Notes under the pieces: generated by a model
Databases searched by the model: none
What the model was told of the DNA's origin: nothing
Seen by the model: only the letters and a program-made list of their open reading frames with translations
Source of the DNA: a virus
Lineage: Duplodnaviria > Caudoviricetes
Length of the DNA stretch: 64,000 bases
Reading direction: 5' to 3' (one strand)
IMG/VR virus record: IMGVR_UViG_3300032038_000072
Coordinates: 2,384-66,383 of that record
Part shown: in pieces, positions 28,949 to 38,003 of the stretch
Layout of the letters: the number at the start of each line of letters is the position of its first letter
How positions within the stretch are numbered: the stretch's first letter is position 1
Made by a program: the position numbers and the translations under genes

Positions 28949-29185
28949 TCACACTCCCCTATTCTTACTCCGCAAAATATCAATGTTTTCTTTTGCTAAC
29001 ATAAGTTCCGTTGTTATATCCCCACCCATTTCGTAAGGAATGATGTTAGCGAATTGGCATGATAATCCATCGCCTACTTTTTCGGCAAAAATACAAATTC
29101 TACACGTTCTGCCATTGCAATAATCAAACAGCGTTCGTGCCGCCCTGTACGCTTCATTATGCGTTATTTGTTCTCTATCTGTCAT
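28949..29185 (-). CDS. Cys-containing hypothetical protein
   Basis: GAGGTG SD; C...CxxC...C pattern. Confidence 0.65.
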   Translation of the reverse strand: MTDREQITHNEAYRAARTLFDYCNGRTCRICIFAEKVGDGLSCQFANIIPYEMGGDITTELMLAKENIDILRSKNRGV

Positions 29186-29197
29186 GATATTATCACC

Positions 29198-29404
29198 TCA
29201 ATAACAATAAAGTCCTCTGTCCCTTTGGTTTATACGCATATTCCAATCTGCCATTTCTTCCACATAGGAATCTCGTTCTTCCATGCAGGATTCGTAGTTC
29301 TGTGCTGACGGATTTCTGCCCATCCATTCCGTTCTCCAATAAGGCACATTCCGTATTTTGTCATTTTGCTTCCAAGCCTTTTGTATCTGTTTTATCCTGT
29401 TCAT
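29198..29404 (-). CDS. Hypothetical protein
   Basis: GGGGGAG SD before ATG29404. Confidence 0.55.
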   Translation of the reverse strand: MNRIKQIQKAWKQNDKIRNVPYWRTEWMGRNPSAQNYESCMEERDSYVEEMADWNMRINQRDRGLYCY

Positions 29405-29503
29405 TGCACATCTCCCCCATTTTTGCAATATTGTTGGTGTTATGTTGCAAACTCCCCTATTTTTGCAATTTTAGGGGTGTTCCACTTCACACAACTAATC
29501 TCG

Positions 29504-29728
29504 CTATTCCATTCTTTTGTACTGTACAAGTTTTCCGTCTTCCATTTCTACCGAGATAATTTTTGGGTAGCTACCATAAGTACCCATATCTTCTGCCAGT
29601 GATAAATAATTGCAAGATTCTATCTGTTTAATGCAAATATGGTATTTTTCGCATTCCATTGCTTCACTTTCGCTATCGTATACTTTTCTACAAATTCCAC
29701 ATCTGTAATATGTTACTTTTTCCATCAT
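29504..29728 (-). CDS. Zinc-finger-like small protein
   Basis: YRCGICRKVYDSESEAMECEKYH. Confidence 0.65.
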   Translation of the reverse strand: MMEKVTYYRCGICRKVYDSESEAMECEKYHICIKQIESCNYLSLAEDMGTYGSYPKIISVEMEDGKLVQYKRME

Positions 29729-30024
29729 TCCACCTCAATTCTGCATTTCAACCATTGTCTGCCGAATTGCCAACACTCACTTTCGCTTGGCATCCAAATA
29801 TCCAAATGATTGTTATGTCCTGCACCGAATCGGTCTTTCACAATCAGCACCTTGCCATTGGGAAGAATCACTTTGCTCCCAAAAGGGATAAGCACACCAT
29901 TGATTCTGTCTACTGCACAGATTCCATCACGCACATATTCTCCACTTGTGGTGATTCCTTTATCGCAATAGGCAGTACACTCCAACGTAGCTATAAATAC
30001 TGCGAATAAGATTAAGTATTTCAT
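29725..30024 (-). CDS. 3D (Asp-Asp-Asp) domain protein
   Basis: CTAYC...AVD...IPFGSKV...VKDRFG...LDIWM; N-terminal hydrophobic segment. Confidence 0.85.
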   Translation of the reverse strand: MKYLILFAVFIATLECTAYCDKGITTSGEYVRDGICAVDRINGVLIPFGSKVILPNGKVLIVKDRFGAGHNNHLDIWMPSESECWQFGRQWLKCRIEVE

Positions 30025-30248
30025 CTTCCGTTCTCCATCTTTGCACCACAGTAAGGGCAGTATTTAAAAAATACTTGTCCGTAGTCACTCCAATAGGCTT
30101 CGTTGTTGCAGTTAGAACAGCCATACACATCGGTATTTCCTTTGACGTTTTGGAAATTGTATGTTCCCGTTTTGCCATCGAATTTACCTTTTACCCACTT
30201 ACCTTTTTTTAGCATTAGGCAGCTTACATCTTTCATTTTTCTTCCCAC
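30021..30248 (-). CDS. Zinc-ribbon protein
   Basis: CSNC...CPYCGAKME. Confidence 0.7.
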   Translation of the reverse strand: MGRKMKDVSCLMLKKGKWVKGKFDGKTGTYNFQNVKGNTDVYGCSNCNNEAYWSDYGQVFFKYCPYCGAKMENGR

Positions 30249-30466
30249 TTCTTTCCGGTCAGCTTTACAATTTCCGCTTCACCATTGAGAAAGCACTCTA
30301 AAGCTCGACCTGCCTGAACCCATTCGCCGTCTTTTAACGGTTTATATTGTGCTTGTGTTTTTGTAATTCGATACCTTGACATTATCGGTGAACCATGCAA
30401 AATAACATGAAATTCTTCCCCAATTTTCACTCCCAACATTTCAGCTATCTTTGGTATTAAGTTCAT
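30233..30466 (-). CDS. Hypothetical protein
   Basis: IAEMLGVKIGEEF motif. Confidence 0.65.
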   Translation of the reverse strand: MNLIPKIAEMLGVKIGEEFHVILHGSPIMSRYRITKTQAQYKPLKDGEWVQAGRALECFLNGEAEIVKLTGKKWEEK

Positions 30467-30693
30467 TTCCTGCACCCCCGTTGTATATCCTCATAAAACT
30501 CAAGTGTTACCTTGCCTGTTCCGTAGCAGAGTTCACAATGTCTGCTTTCCCATATTTCCACACAATCTAACAATTCGTCATCTTCGTAGTGTGCTACTTC
30601 GTACTCGCCCTTGCCGTGGCATTTAGGACAAGTAATCATGGGATTCTTTGCTTCTTCCAACGCTTGTTTTAGGTTATCTATATAGCTACTCAT
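30463..30693 (-). CDS. DnaJ-type zinc-finger protein
   Basis: CPKCHGKG...CELCYGTG. Confidence 0.7.
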   Translation of the reverse strand: MSSYIDNLKQALEEAKNPMITCPKCHGKGEYEVAHYEDDELLDCVEIWESRHCELCYGTGKVTLEFYEDIQRGCRK

Positions 30694-31090
30694 GTAATTC
30701 ACCCCACAGTACACCTGCTTTTTTCAGCCACCGCTTTGCTTCTGCCATCGTTGCTCCCGCAAACAATGCTCCGGCTTCTTCGTTGTATAACCAAGGCACA
30801 GCCTTTTTGTTTATTGTCTCCACAGAGTACGGACAGTTGTGATAACCGTCTTTCGGCTCTCGGATGTAGTATCCGTCGTAGCGGTCAAACGCAATCTTGC
30901 GTATGTTCCCTTTACCGTGTTCTACGCACCATTTATCGTCATATTCATGATAGTCCTTTCGGTCGTAAGGTTCACCTGCATTACAATCGTATGGAGCATC
31001 GTCCCAGTCATCACCCCATTGATTCTTAAAGTTATCGGTGAAAAACAGTACAGTATCATCGACATAACACAGCTTATATTGTTTGCTCAT
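30686..31090 (-). CDS. Conserved phage protein (WGDDWDDAPY motif)
   Basis: QWGDDWDDAPYDCNAGEPY. Confidence 0.7.
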   Translation of the reverse strand: MSKQYKLCYVDDTVLFFTDNFKNQWGDDWDDAPYDCNAGEPYDRKDYHEYDDKWCVEHGKGNIRKIAFDRYDGYYIREPKDGYHNCPYSVETINKKAVPWLYNEEAGALFAGATMAEAKRWLKKAGVLWGELHE

Positions 31091-31458
31091 TCTTTTCCCT
31101 CCCGTTTTAACAATGCTCCCTTGATCTCTGTAAGTTCTGCGTTAATCCCCATCAACTCATACAGCCTTGCTGTTTGCTCCTGAATTGCTATTTCCAATTC
31201 TTTCGTCCGCTTTTTCATTTCTAAACTCATGTGCTTTTCTTTCATCTCTGAAAGCTCGTTGCGTACCACGATGTCTGCGATATGCTCCGTTCCGCAGTAT
31301 TCGCACTTGTATGTTCCCCGTGTCAACGGTGCGCCACAGTTCTGACAGACTAAAGCGTGTGTGCTGCCTACAACCTCTTCATACATCTCTTTTGTGGGGC
31401 CAATCGGAAAGTAGTCCACATCCTCTTGTCTTCCAAACTCTATAACATGAACGCTCAT
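31087..31458 (-). CDS. Zinc-ribbon plus coiled-coil protein
   Basis: CQNCG...CEYCG. Confidence 0.65.
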   Translation of the reverse strand: MSVHVIEFGRQEDVDYFPIGPTKEMYEEVVGSTHALVCQNCGAPLTRGTYKCEYCGTEHIADIVVRNELSEMKEKHMSLEMKKRTKELEIAIQEQTARLYELMGINAELTEIKGALLKREGKE

Positions 31459-31775
31459 TCTTCGCTCTCCTCGTTAAGCCATTTTTCAAAAGCTTCAGCC
31501 TCATCACAATGTCTCTCGCTTATTTTTGCTGTACATTTATCATACCGAAAACTATAATGCTCACATAGTTTACACGGAAGAACAAACCACGTTCCCAAAA
31601 ACTCTGCCAATGCTTCCGGGCTGGCTGTTATGCGTTGGAAATTAGTATACGGATTTTTAAACTTTTGCACAATCTCGTCAACTTCTCCCGTTCCGTTGCA
31701 GTATATGCATGGTTGAAAAGTTCCGTTTATACAAGTATTACTCGTTCCGTATCCATCGCAGCACTGGCATTTCAT
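31455..31775 (-). CDS. DnaJ-type zinc finger plus TN..I...E.LAEFL...WL module
   Basis: CQCCDGYG...CIYCNGTG...TNFQRITASPEALAEFL...KWLNEE. Confidence 0.7.
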   Translation of the reverse strand: MKCQCCDGYGTSNTCINGTFQPCIYCNGTGEVDEIVQKFKNPYTNFQRITASPEALAEFLGTWFVLPCKLCEHYSFRYDKCTAKISERHCDEAEAFEKWLNEESEE

Positions 31776-32026
31776 CCTTCGTCACCCTCCTCGAACCCCA
31801 AGCCTTTTAACGTTTTCTTGAGCTTATTCCAAACCTTCTCTTTGCATTTATCACAGTAGTGTCCATTTTTTTCAAAGTTACCAAAACTCCACGATACTTC
31901 ACCAATCTCTTCGTAATATCCATCATCCCATTCTTCACTACTTCCCAATAAACAACCGCACTCATCGCAGTAAAACTCATGCATGGTTACTACTTCCGTT
32001 TTCTCCACATAGTTAATTTTTTCCAT
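31772..32026 (-). CDS. Zinc-binding hypothetical protein
   Basis: YCDECG...YCDKC; AGGGGG SD. Confidence 0.65.
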   Translation of the reverse strand: MEKINYVEKTEVVTMHEFYCDECGCLLGSSEEWDDGYYEEIGEVSWSFGNFEKNGHYCDKCKEKVWNKLKKTLKGLGFEEGDEG

Positions 32027-32036
32027 ATCCATCCCC

Positions 32037-32666
32037 CTACAGAAACAACCGCTTATCCTCGTCCGCAGCTTTCTTTGCGGCCTCTGCCGCTTCCGCATCC
32101 TTGTACATCTTGATGCACAGCTTCCTGATCTCCTCTGCTGCCTTATCCCCGCCCTGGGGCAGGATGATGTGCATATAATCATCGACACGGAATTCGCACT
32201 GTCCGTCCTTGACCTTTGTCCTGCCGACCGGGAAACCGATACGATGGAACGCTTTTCTATACTCGCAGTTCTTTACATGTTCTCCCTGCGGACACATATC
32301 GCAATGCAGAAGAGCCATCTCTCCGACCAAACACCAATCCTCGTAACTGATTGTCCTGTCTTCCGCAGCCGGTTTTGTTCTGTCCTCTACCCGCAGTTGA
32401 TCTACTGTGTACAGCCGCAGGTCGGAGTTCTCCCGCCTGCGTTTAACCGTCTTAACCTGGTCTTTGTCAAGGCACTCCAACCGCTCATCCGTAACCTTGC
32501 TCAAGTTCGTGGCGGCAATAGCCATACGCTTTGCCCAGTCCTTTTCCTTGTCGGTCTTTGCGTTCTTTTTTGTTTCCTCTGCCGCAACCTTTGCTTCTCC
32601 GGCAAGGCAGGCAATCTTCAGCCACTCCAGCAAATCCCAACTCGACATATACGGCTTCTCTTTCAC
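32037..32666 (-). CDS. Helical protein with Cys cluster
   Basis: GTG start with ACGAAGGGAGCAA SD variant. Confidence 0.7.
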   Translation of the reverse strand: MKEKPYMSSWDLLEWLKIACLAGEAKVAAEETKKNAKTDKEKDWAKRMAIAATNLSKVTDERLECLDKDQVKTVKRRRENSDLRLYTVDQLRVEDRTKPAAEDRTISYEDWCLVGEMALLHCDMCPQGEHVKNCEYRKAFHRIGFPVGRTKVKDGQCEFRVDDYMHIILPQGGDKAAEEIRKLCIKMYKDAEAAEAAKKAADEDKRLFL

Positions 32667-32687
32667 TTTGCTGTTGCTCCCTTCGTG

Positions 32688-33179
32688 TTATTTCTTGTTT
32701 AATTTAGTCTCGATAAATGTCAGCCCAACTGCGTAGGCCGCCCACATATCCTGCTTGAATCCGTAGAACCAGTCCGGGTTCTTCTTTGTTCCTCTGCCAA
32801 ACTTAAAGTCGTGTTCCGCAAATCGGTCTATTAATGCGTGTCGGATTGTCGCATCGTTTGCCTTTGGACTATCACAGATGTGCAGTTTCTCTTCCCGGCG
32901 GTAAATCAGTTCCACTTTGTGTGCGCTCCGCAGGTTCATAATTTCAAAGAATCTCCCAATCCACACGCAGGTTTCAAACACCTCTTTGCCGACCGGCATT
33001 CCGTAGCTGGCTATCATTTCGATAACGCATCTGTCTTCCATGCTCATATCCATTGTTTTGAGCTTCCATAACAAGTCTGCGTTTTCATCTATACCTGCCT
33101 GCTCTGGCACTAATGTTTCGGAATCCATTATCACCCATGCGCTTTGTGTCGTTCCCGGATCGATTGCTATGACTTTCAT
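32688..33179 (-). CDS. RuvC-like Holliday junction resolvase
   Basis: VIAIDPG, VIEM and D.WAAYAVG motifs. Confidence 0.85.
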   Translation of the reverse strand: MKVIAIDPGTTQSAWVIMDSETLVPEQAGIDENADLLWKLKTMDMSMEDRCVIEMIASYGMPVGKEVFETCVWIGRFFEIMNLRSAHKVELIYRREEKLHICDSPKANDATIRHALIDRFAEHDFKFGRGTKKNPDWFYGFKQDMWAAYAVGLTFIETKLNKK

Positions 33180-33412
33180 TTTTCCGTCTCCTTTTTCGGA
33201 AGCCAACCAATGCGTGTATCCGCCCATTCAAAATCTTTGTTTTCAACGCTTCTAAAAATGTCCATGTTTAACTCAATTAGCTTGTTTATACGAGCAAGCT
33301 CTTCTCGTTTCTCTTTGGCTATTGCCTCGTACCTTTTAACATCACTTTCTATCTCCGACCTTACCAATATCATGTCTTTTATTGTCCGCTCGTCTCCTAA
33401 AAATAGCATCAC
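33176..33412 (-). CDS. Hypothetical coiled-coil protein
   Basis: AGGAGG SD before GTG33412. Confidence 0.65.
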   Translation of the reverse strand: MMLFLGDERTIKDMILVRSEIESDVKRYEAIAKEKREELARINKLIELNMDIFRSVENKDFEWADTRIGWLPKKETEK

Positions 33413-33747
33413 GCTTCCTCCTGTTTTCGGTTCTTTTCCTGCTCTCTGTGGAGCCAATCTATCTGTGCCTGCAGTCTTGCCTGCCGCTCTGCAATGATGC
33501 CTAAAAACCTGCGCTTTGCTAATACAGAAGACTTCTTTGTGTTTGGCATCTGCGGCAGGACCCTTTCATCCAGCCCGGAAGCAAACTTAACGGTGTCTTC
33601 CTGGATTTTTTTCTGCATGGCCTGTTTCTCTTTCCGCGTCAGCTTCCGGTAAATGTCATACGGCTCAAAATCTAACCGGTTTTCCGGCGGCTGCTGCATC
33701 GTCAGCCCGCTGACTTCTACATCCCTTGTGTCTATCATTCCGGTCAT
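33409..33747 (-). CDS. Hypothetical protein
   Basis: Contiguous ATGA overlaps with neighbours. Confidence 0.65.
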   Translation of the reverse strand: MTGMIDTRDVEVSGLTMQQPPENRLDFEPYDIYRKLTRKEKQAMQKKIQEDTVKFASGLDERVLPQMPNTKKSSVLAKRRFLGIIAERQARLQAQIDWLHREQEKNRKQEEA

Positions 33748-34274
33748 TTCAGCATCAACCTCACTTCGTTACCGCTCTCAATCAGCACCGCATTGCCTAA
33801 AACGTAGGCGTTCATCTTCTGTTCTTTCTTTCGTTCGCAGATGGACTTGTACATATCCCTCAACTGCGCACGGACGATAGGCAGGTCTTTGGTCAGCACG
33901 GAGCAAAGTTCTTCCCAACCAAATGCGTTGACCGCATCCTCTATTTCCTTGTGGGTGAATTTCGGCTTACCGTACACGAATGTTTCGTGCATCTCTTTTT
34001 CAATCTGCTTCCACGCTTCTTCCCAAGATGGAGAACCGGTCCCAGTAGCTTGCTGTACGAGGCTCTGCGCCGCCTGTACAAGTTCCGCAATGCTCGGCAG
34101 GTGCTTGCACTCCATGATGGCCTTTTTGCACACCTTGTCCAGTATATCTGCCGATATGCAGTCTAACATCTCCACATAGGTTGCCATGCGTTCCGCTTCA
34201 CCGGCCTGCCCGAAGGCGGTAAACATCATCGTGATTGCCTTTGCTTTTTTAGCCTTGTCCTGTGCCGTCGCCAT
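33744..34274 (-). CDS. Helicase loader/inhibitor-like protein (G39P/lambda P position)
   Basis: KHLPSIAEL and WEEAW...GWEELC motifs directly after initiator. Confidence 0.65.
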   Translation of the reverse strand: MATAQDKAKKAKAITMMFTAFGQAGEAERMATYVEMLDCISADILDKVCKKAIMECKHLPSIAELVQAAQSLVQQATGTGSPSWEEAWKQIEKEMHETFVYGKPKFTHKEIEDAVNAFGWEELCSVLTKDLPIVRAQLRDMYKSICERKKEQKMNAYVLGNAVLIESGNEVRLMLK

Positions 34275-35010
34275 TGATTTCATCTCCTATTCCCAGCAAC
34301 TCAAGTGTCCTTTGGTAACCTGCCTGTGCATCGTTTCTTCGTATAGGCCGGTTTACCGTTTCCTTGTTTTCTTTTCTTGCCCAGTTCCGGATCGTAGCAA
34401 GATAGTTTGTGTAACTCTTTCCCCTGGAAGCGCAGTATCCGGAAACGCGTTCTATTCTTTCCTGCCAATCTGTTGGGAATTCTTCTTTCAGCTTTTCCAA
34501 TTCCTCGTCAGACAGGAGCACATTTTTGTACTCACCATATTGGTGCTTCGGAGGTTTTTCTTTTTTATTTATTTTTTCTTTATTCTTTACTTCTTTAATT
34601 CTTTTATTATTAATAGGTAGAAAGTCGTTTTGTGTCCCACTTGTGTCCCATTTGTGTCCCACTTGCGTCCCGTTTTGTGTCCCAACGACTTGATATTTAG
34701 ACCAGTTAACCACGGTAATAAGCGTGTTCCGAGGTGTTGTTTGTGTCTCAATTTGCGTCTCATTTTTGAACAACATAATGGTCCGGTGTAAAGTTGAACG
34801 TGGAATACCAAGTTCTTTAGCCATCTGCCTCATCTTGAACAATCCCTGACCGGGTTGCAAAGTTATCCTCTTTCCCTCAAACACGACGTCTTCTGGTTGG
34901 TATGCAACATTCAGTAAAATGTACGCCCATGTACCAAGCGTGTTCGCGTTGCGCATCCAGGGGTTGTTAAAAATGCTCCGGTGAATCTTAACCCATCCTG
35001 TGTTATCCAT
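34249..35010 (-). CDS. Phage replication initiator (lambda O-like)
   Basis: GWVKIHRSI N-terminus, internal iterons, NYLATIRNWARKE C-terminus. Confidence 0.9.
   Translation of the reverse strand: MDNTGWVKIHRSIFNNPWMRNANTLGTWAYILLNVAYQPEDVVFEGKRITLQPGQGLFKMRQMAKELGIPRSTLHRTIMLFKNETQIETQTTPRNTLITVVNWSKYQVVGTQNGTQVGHKWDTSGTQNDFLPINNKRIKEVKNKEKINKKEKPPKHQYGEYKNVLLSDEELEKLKEEFPTDWQERIERVSGYCASRGKSYTNYLATIRNWARKENKETVNRPIRRNDAQAGYQRTLELLGIGDEINGDGTGQG
34623..34690. repeat. Replication origin iterons
   Basis: Five 11-bp TTG(T/C)GTCCCNN repeats (34630-34685) bracketed by AGTCGTT/AACGACT, next to AT-rich 34560-34620. Confidence 0.85.
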
Positions 35011-35078
35011 TGCAGCTTATCTCCAGCCTCGCCCCCGGCACGGAGCAGTTTGTACCGGGGGCTACTTCCTCTCTGTCG

Positions 35079-35942
35079 TTAATCTTCGTCGCCGAAGGGA
35101 ACAATTTCCGGTTCCTGCATTCCATCCGGCAATTCTTCTTTCTTCGGCTCTTCCTCTACTGGCGTTACATTAATCGGTTCCGTCTCATCATTCACGTCTA
35201 CCATATCCGGCTGGATGTCCGTCTTGATGGTTTCATCTGCAGCCAGGTTCTTAACAAACTCACTTTTTAATGGTGCGTACTTCAGGACCTGTTTTAACAC
35301 AGTCTTTTTTGCCATAGCGTCGAAGTTCGTACTCCACGGGCTGTACCCGCTGCTGTATGCCTTGCTGTAGGTCTTAGCATGTGCCTGGATGTCTTCTTTG
35401 CTCATGACCAGGAAGTTGAATCCACCGGCCTTGGTCTTAAACATCGCGTAGTACGCAATGACTTCTCCGCGGTTCTTTAATGCCGGTTTAAACTTCAGCT
35501 TCGGTTCCAGCCCGTATTCGTATTCAAACTCGTCGTTTGCGTGTACGGCCTGTGCGTCGATGATGCTTACTTCCCCGGAACGATATGCCAGGTCCAGGAA
35601 GGATTTGTATCCCAGGATAAACTGACATTCCAGCCGGCCTTTGTTCCGGTAAGGGATCAGGTATGCCTGCCCCAGCGGCGTATTGGGTTCTACCCCCAGC
35701 TGGGCTGCCTGCATAACGGCGCCCAGGAAAGATTCCGGAGTACACTTCTGCAGGTCCGGATTGGTGGATAATGCGGTCATCACCATCCTGGTGTACCGTT
35801 CCGGAGTTAACACGGACGGTAAAGCCTTTGCGATCTGTCCCTGCATTTTGGAAAGTAACAATTTTAAACCGGTTGTCTGTGTAGCCTGTGCTACTTCGTT
35901 TTTTGCATCGACCTTTGCGATGCCAGTCTTTGCATTTGCCAT
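35079..35942 (-). CDS. recT: RecT single-strand annealing protein
   Basis: GVEPNTPLGQAYLIPY, ILGYK and MAKKTVLKQVLKYAPL motifs. Confidence 0.95.
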   Translation of the reverse strand: MANAKTGIAKVDAKNEVAQATQTTGLKLLLSKMQGQIAKALPSVLTPERYTRMVMTALSTNPDLQKCTPESFLGAVMQAAQLGVEPNTPLGQAYLIPYRNKGRLECQFILGYKSFLDLAYRSGEVSIIDAQAVHANDEFEYEYGLEPKLKFKPALKNRGEVIAYYAMFKTKAGGFNFLVMSKEDIQAHAKTYSKAYSSGYSPWSTNFDAMAKKTVLKQVLKYAPLKSEFVKNLAADETIKTDIQPDMVDVNDETEPINVTPVEEEPKKEELPDGMQEPEIVPFGDED

Positions 35943-36001
35943 TTCGCATTCCTCCTATATACTTTTAATTGCAAAACAACCATCAACTATAAATATACTT
36001 T

Positions 36002-36673
36002 TTACATAAGTTTAGATAATTCGTTTTTCAGTGTTTCGATTTCCCGCTGCATCTTTTCCAGCCGGTCTACCAGTTCCGGCAGTTCTTTCTGCAACCGCAT
36101 GATCTTAACGACCTTGCTTTCAAAGTCGTCAGCAACAATCTCTTCTTTTTCAGGCTCTACAACAACAGCGCTTTCAATCGGCTTCTTATTTTCTTTTTCG
36201 CTGTCCACCATAGCTTCCAAGTCGTACGATTTGAGTTTTAATACGGTCAGTATGTTTTGGAAGGCCATCGGTCTTGGCTTTACCTTTCCACTGATCCACA
36301 GACCAACGGAAGAGGAATGCACACCGATAAGCCTGGCGAAGGCGGCGTTGGACTTGTATTTTTTCTGAATCATCTTGTAGATTCGTTTGTACACGACATC
36401 CGGAAAGTGTGCGTTTTGACTCATCCCGGTTGCTCCGCTGTCCGCATCATCAAACAGCTCGCTGTATTGGATACCACAGGCCTCTGAAATCCGAAGCAAC
36501 TCTATTCCGTTATCCAGCACATTGACGCCGCCCTCAATTTCATTGACGCGTTTCGGTGTCAGATGCGAACGCTCTGCAAACCTTTCAAAATCCAATCCCA
36601 ACATGAACCGAAATGCGCTTACGTTCTTCGCCACAATCTGCTCGGTCGTCAGCCTGACTTTTTTCTGTTCCAT
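36002..36673 (-). CDS. Tandem XRE-HTH protein
   Basis: Two HTH segments (NVSAFR...RVNEIE; AAFARLIGVHSSSVGLWISG) plus coiled coil. Confidence 0.75.
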   Translation of the reverse strand: MEQKKVRLTTEQIVAKNVSAFRFMLGLDFERFAERSHLTPKRVNEIEGGVNVLDNGIELLRISEACGIQYSELFDDADSGATGMSQNAHFPDVVYKRIYKMIQKKYKSNAAFARLIGVHSSSVGLWISGKVKPRPMAFQNILTVLKLKSYDLEAMVDSEKENKKPIESAVVVEPEKEEIVADDFESKVVKIMRLQKELPELVDRLEKMQREIETLKNELSKLM

Positions 36674-36709
36674 CGTTTTAGCTCCTCTCGTTTTTTGTTT
36701 TTTTATTTT

Positions 36710-37663
36710 CTATTTCATTAAGAATTTACGGAACGGATTGCCCGTTTTTGTGTATTTTTTATAGGCTTCCGGCATCTCTGCCTCAAACGCCTTAAGGTCT
36801 ACTGTTACTTTGCCCGGCATGTTGATCCAGCTCGCTTTGTGTTCGCCGATAACAGCACGTTCGTTGTCTCCCATAAGCACCTTAATCTTGTTTTCACATT
36901 CGGACTTAAGCGTTTCCAGGTTCTTGATGGTCTTCTTATACTCCGCGTAGTCCTTAAACAGCTCTTCCAGAGACTCTGTGCTTTCCAGCTCCAGTTCCTT
37001 CTTCGGTACGGCCGCCGGATACATAATGTTCAGCGCGTTTTTCGTGTCTTCCAGCCCGTCCACTTCCGGCATTATGTTGTGTTCCACGGTCGTCCAAAAT
37101 GCATTTTCCTTTGCGAAAAGCTCTTCTATGAAAGCTTCGTTGCGCGGGACTTCCTTATACACGAAATGGTTGCCTCCGATTAACGCTGCAATGTACCAGC
37201 GCGGCAGGCCAGTACACAGCAGGTAATGTTGAATTTGGCAAAAATATGAGTCTGGCAAATCGTCGTCTTTCCACAAAGCGGACTGGCGAACACCCACGTT
37301 TTTGATTTCCAATCCCGCGTCCTCTCCGACGATTAACCTATCTACGTTGGCCAGCATCCAGGGATACTTTACGCTTTGCAATGTGCCGCACTTGCGTACC
37401 TTTTTTCCGGTCCGTTCTTCAAACAACTCCGCAATAAGCGGCTCGAACTTTATACCCATCTCTACACTTTCGTTGTCGCTAAGATCGTCCGGCTCCTTCT
37501 GGCCGGTCTTTTCCATCCAGAGGGACAACCGGCTTTTGTACGGATTGACGCCCATAATTACACCTGCATCGCTTCCGCCGATCCCTTTGTTGCGGATCGC
37601 CAACCACTTGTCGTGGTTCTTAGCGGCCTCCTCGACCGTCAAAATCAGCTTTGTGTTTTTCAT
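36710..37663 (-). CDS. YqaJ-like viral recombinase exonuclease
   Basis: GIGGSDA, ANVDR, GLEIK and QIQHY motifs; partner of RecT. Confidence 0.93.
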   Translation of the reverse strand: MKNTKLILTVEEAAKNHDKWLAIRNKGIGGSDAGVIMGVNPYKSRLSLWMEKTGQKEPDDLSDNESVEMGIKFEPLIAELFEERTGKKVRKCGTLQSVKYPWMLANVDRLIVGEDAGLEIKNVGVRQSALWKDDDLPDSYFCQIQHYLLCTGLPRWYIAALIGGNHFVYKEVPRNEAFIEELFAKENAFWTTVEHNIMPEVDGLEDTKNALNIMYPAAVPKKELELESTESLEELFKDYAEYKKTIKNLETLKSECENKIKVLMGDNERAVIGEHKASWINMPGKVTVDLKAFEAEMPEAYKKYTKTGNPFRKFLMK

Positions 37664-37881
37664 TCCATTATCTCCCTCGCGTCAAAATCCCCAAAGTCAT
37701 AGTCTAAATACGAACCGCGCAGAGCGGACTTAATGTCATCGTAAGCATCGCTCTCCGCTTCGTCTTTGTTTCTTGCGGATGTCTTGTATGTGAATTCCAC
37801 TACCACTTTCACTTCGTAGTCCTTGTAGATTGCGTCCCTCTCTGCGTCTCTGCGATACTCTTCCATATCCGGATCAAACAT
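37660..37881 (-). CDS. Acidic hypothetical protein
   Basis: Extended SD at 37887-37900. Confidence 0.7.
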   Translation of the reverse strand: MFDPDMEEYRRDAERDAIYKDYEVKVVVEFTYKTSARNKDEAESDAYDDIKSALRGSYLDYDFGDFDAREIME

Positions 37882-37882
37882 T

Positions 37883-37948
37883 TTACTTGCTCCTTTCGTT
37901 AAAACCTGCTATAATATATTTAGGCTTCAATGACTTTTGCTCGGTCAT
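37883..37948 (-). CDS. Possible 21-aa leader peptide (MTEQKSLKPKYIIAGFNERSK)
   Basis: Perfect extended SD at 37951-37964; stop lies next to the SD of the next gene. Confidence 0.35.
   Translation of the reverse strand: MTEQKSLKPKYIIAGFNERSK
37887..37915 (+). promoter_or_regulatory. Antisense sigma-A promoter driving the candidate sRNA
   Basis: TTGCTC(37887)-17-TATAAT(37910) with extended TG. Confidence 0.65.
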
Positions 37949-38003
37949 TGTTGCTCCTTTCGTTGACAGGCTCGGGATTTGCTCTCCCGGGCCTTTTTAT
38001 TTT
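37922..38003 (+). ncRNA. Candidate about 80-nt antisense sRNA with anti-SD seeds
   Basis: Promoter, 7-bp hairpin, linker UUGCUCCUUUCGUU, 10-bp terminator stem and U tail. Confidence 0.6.
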
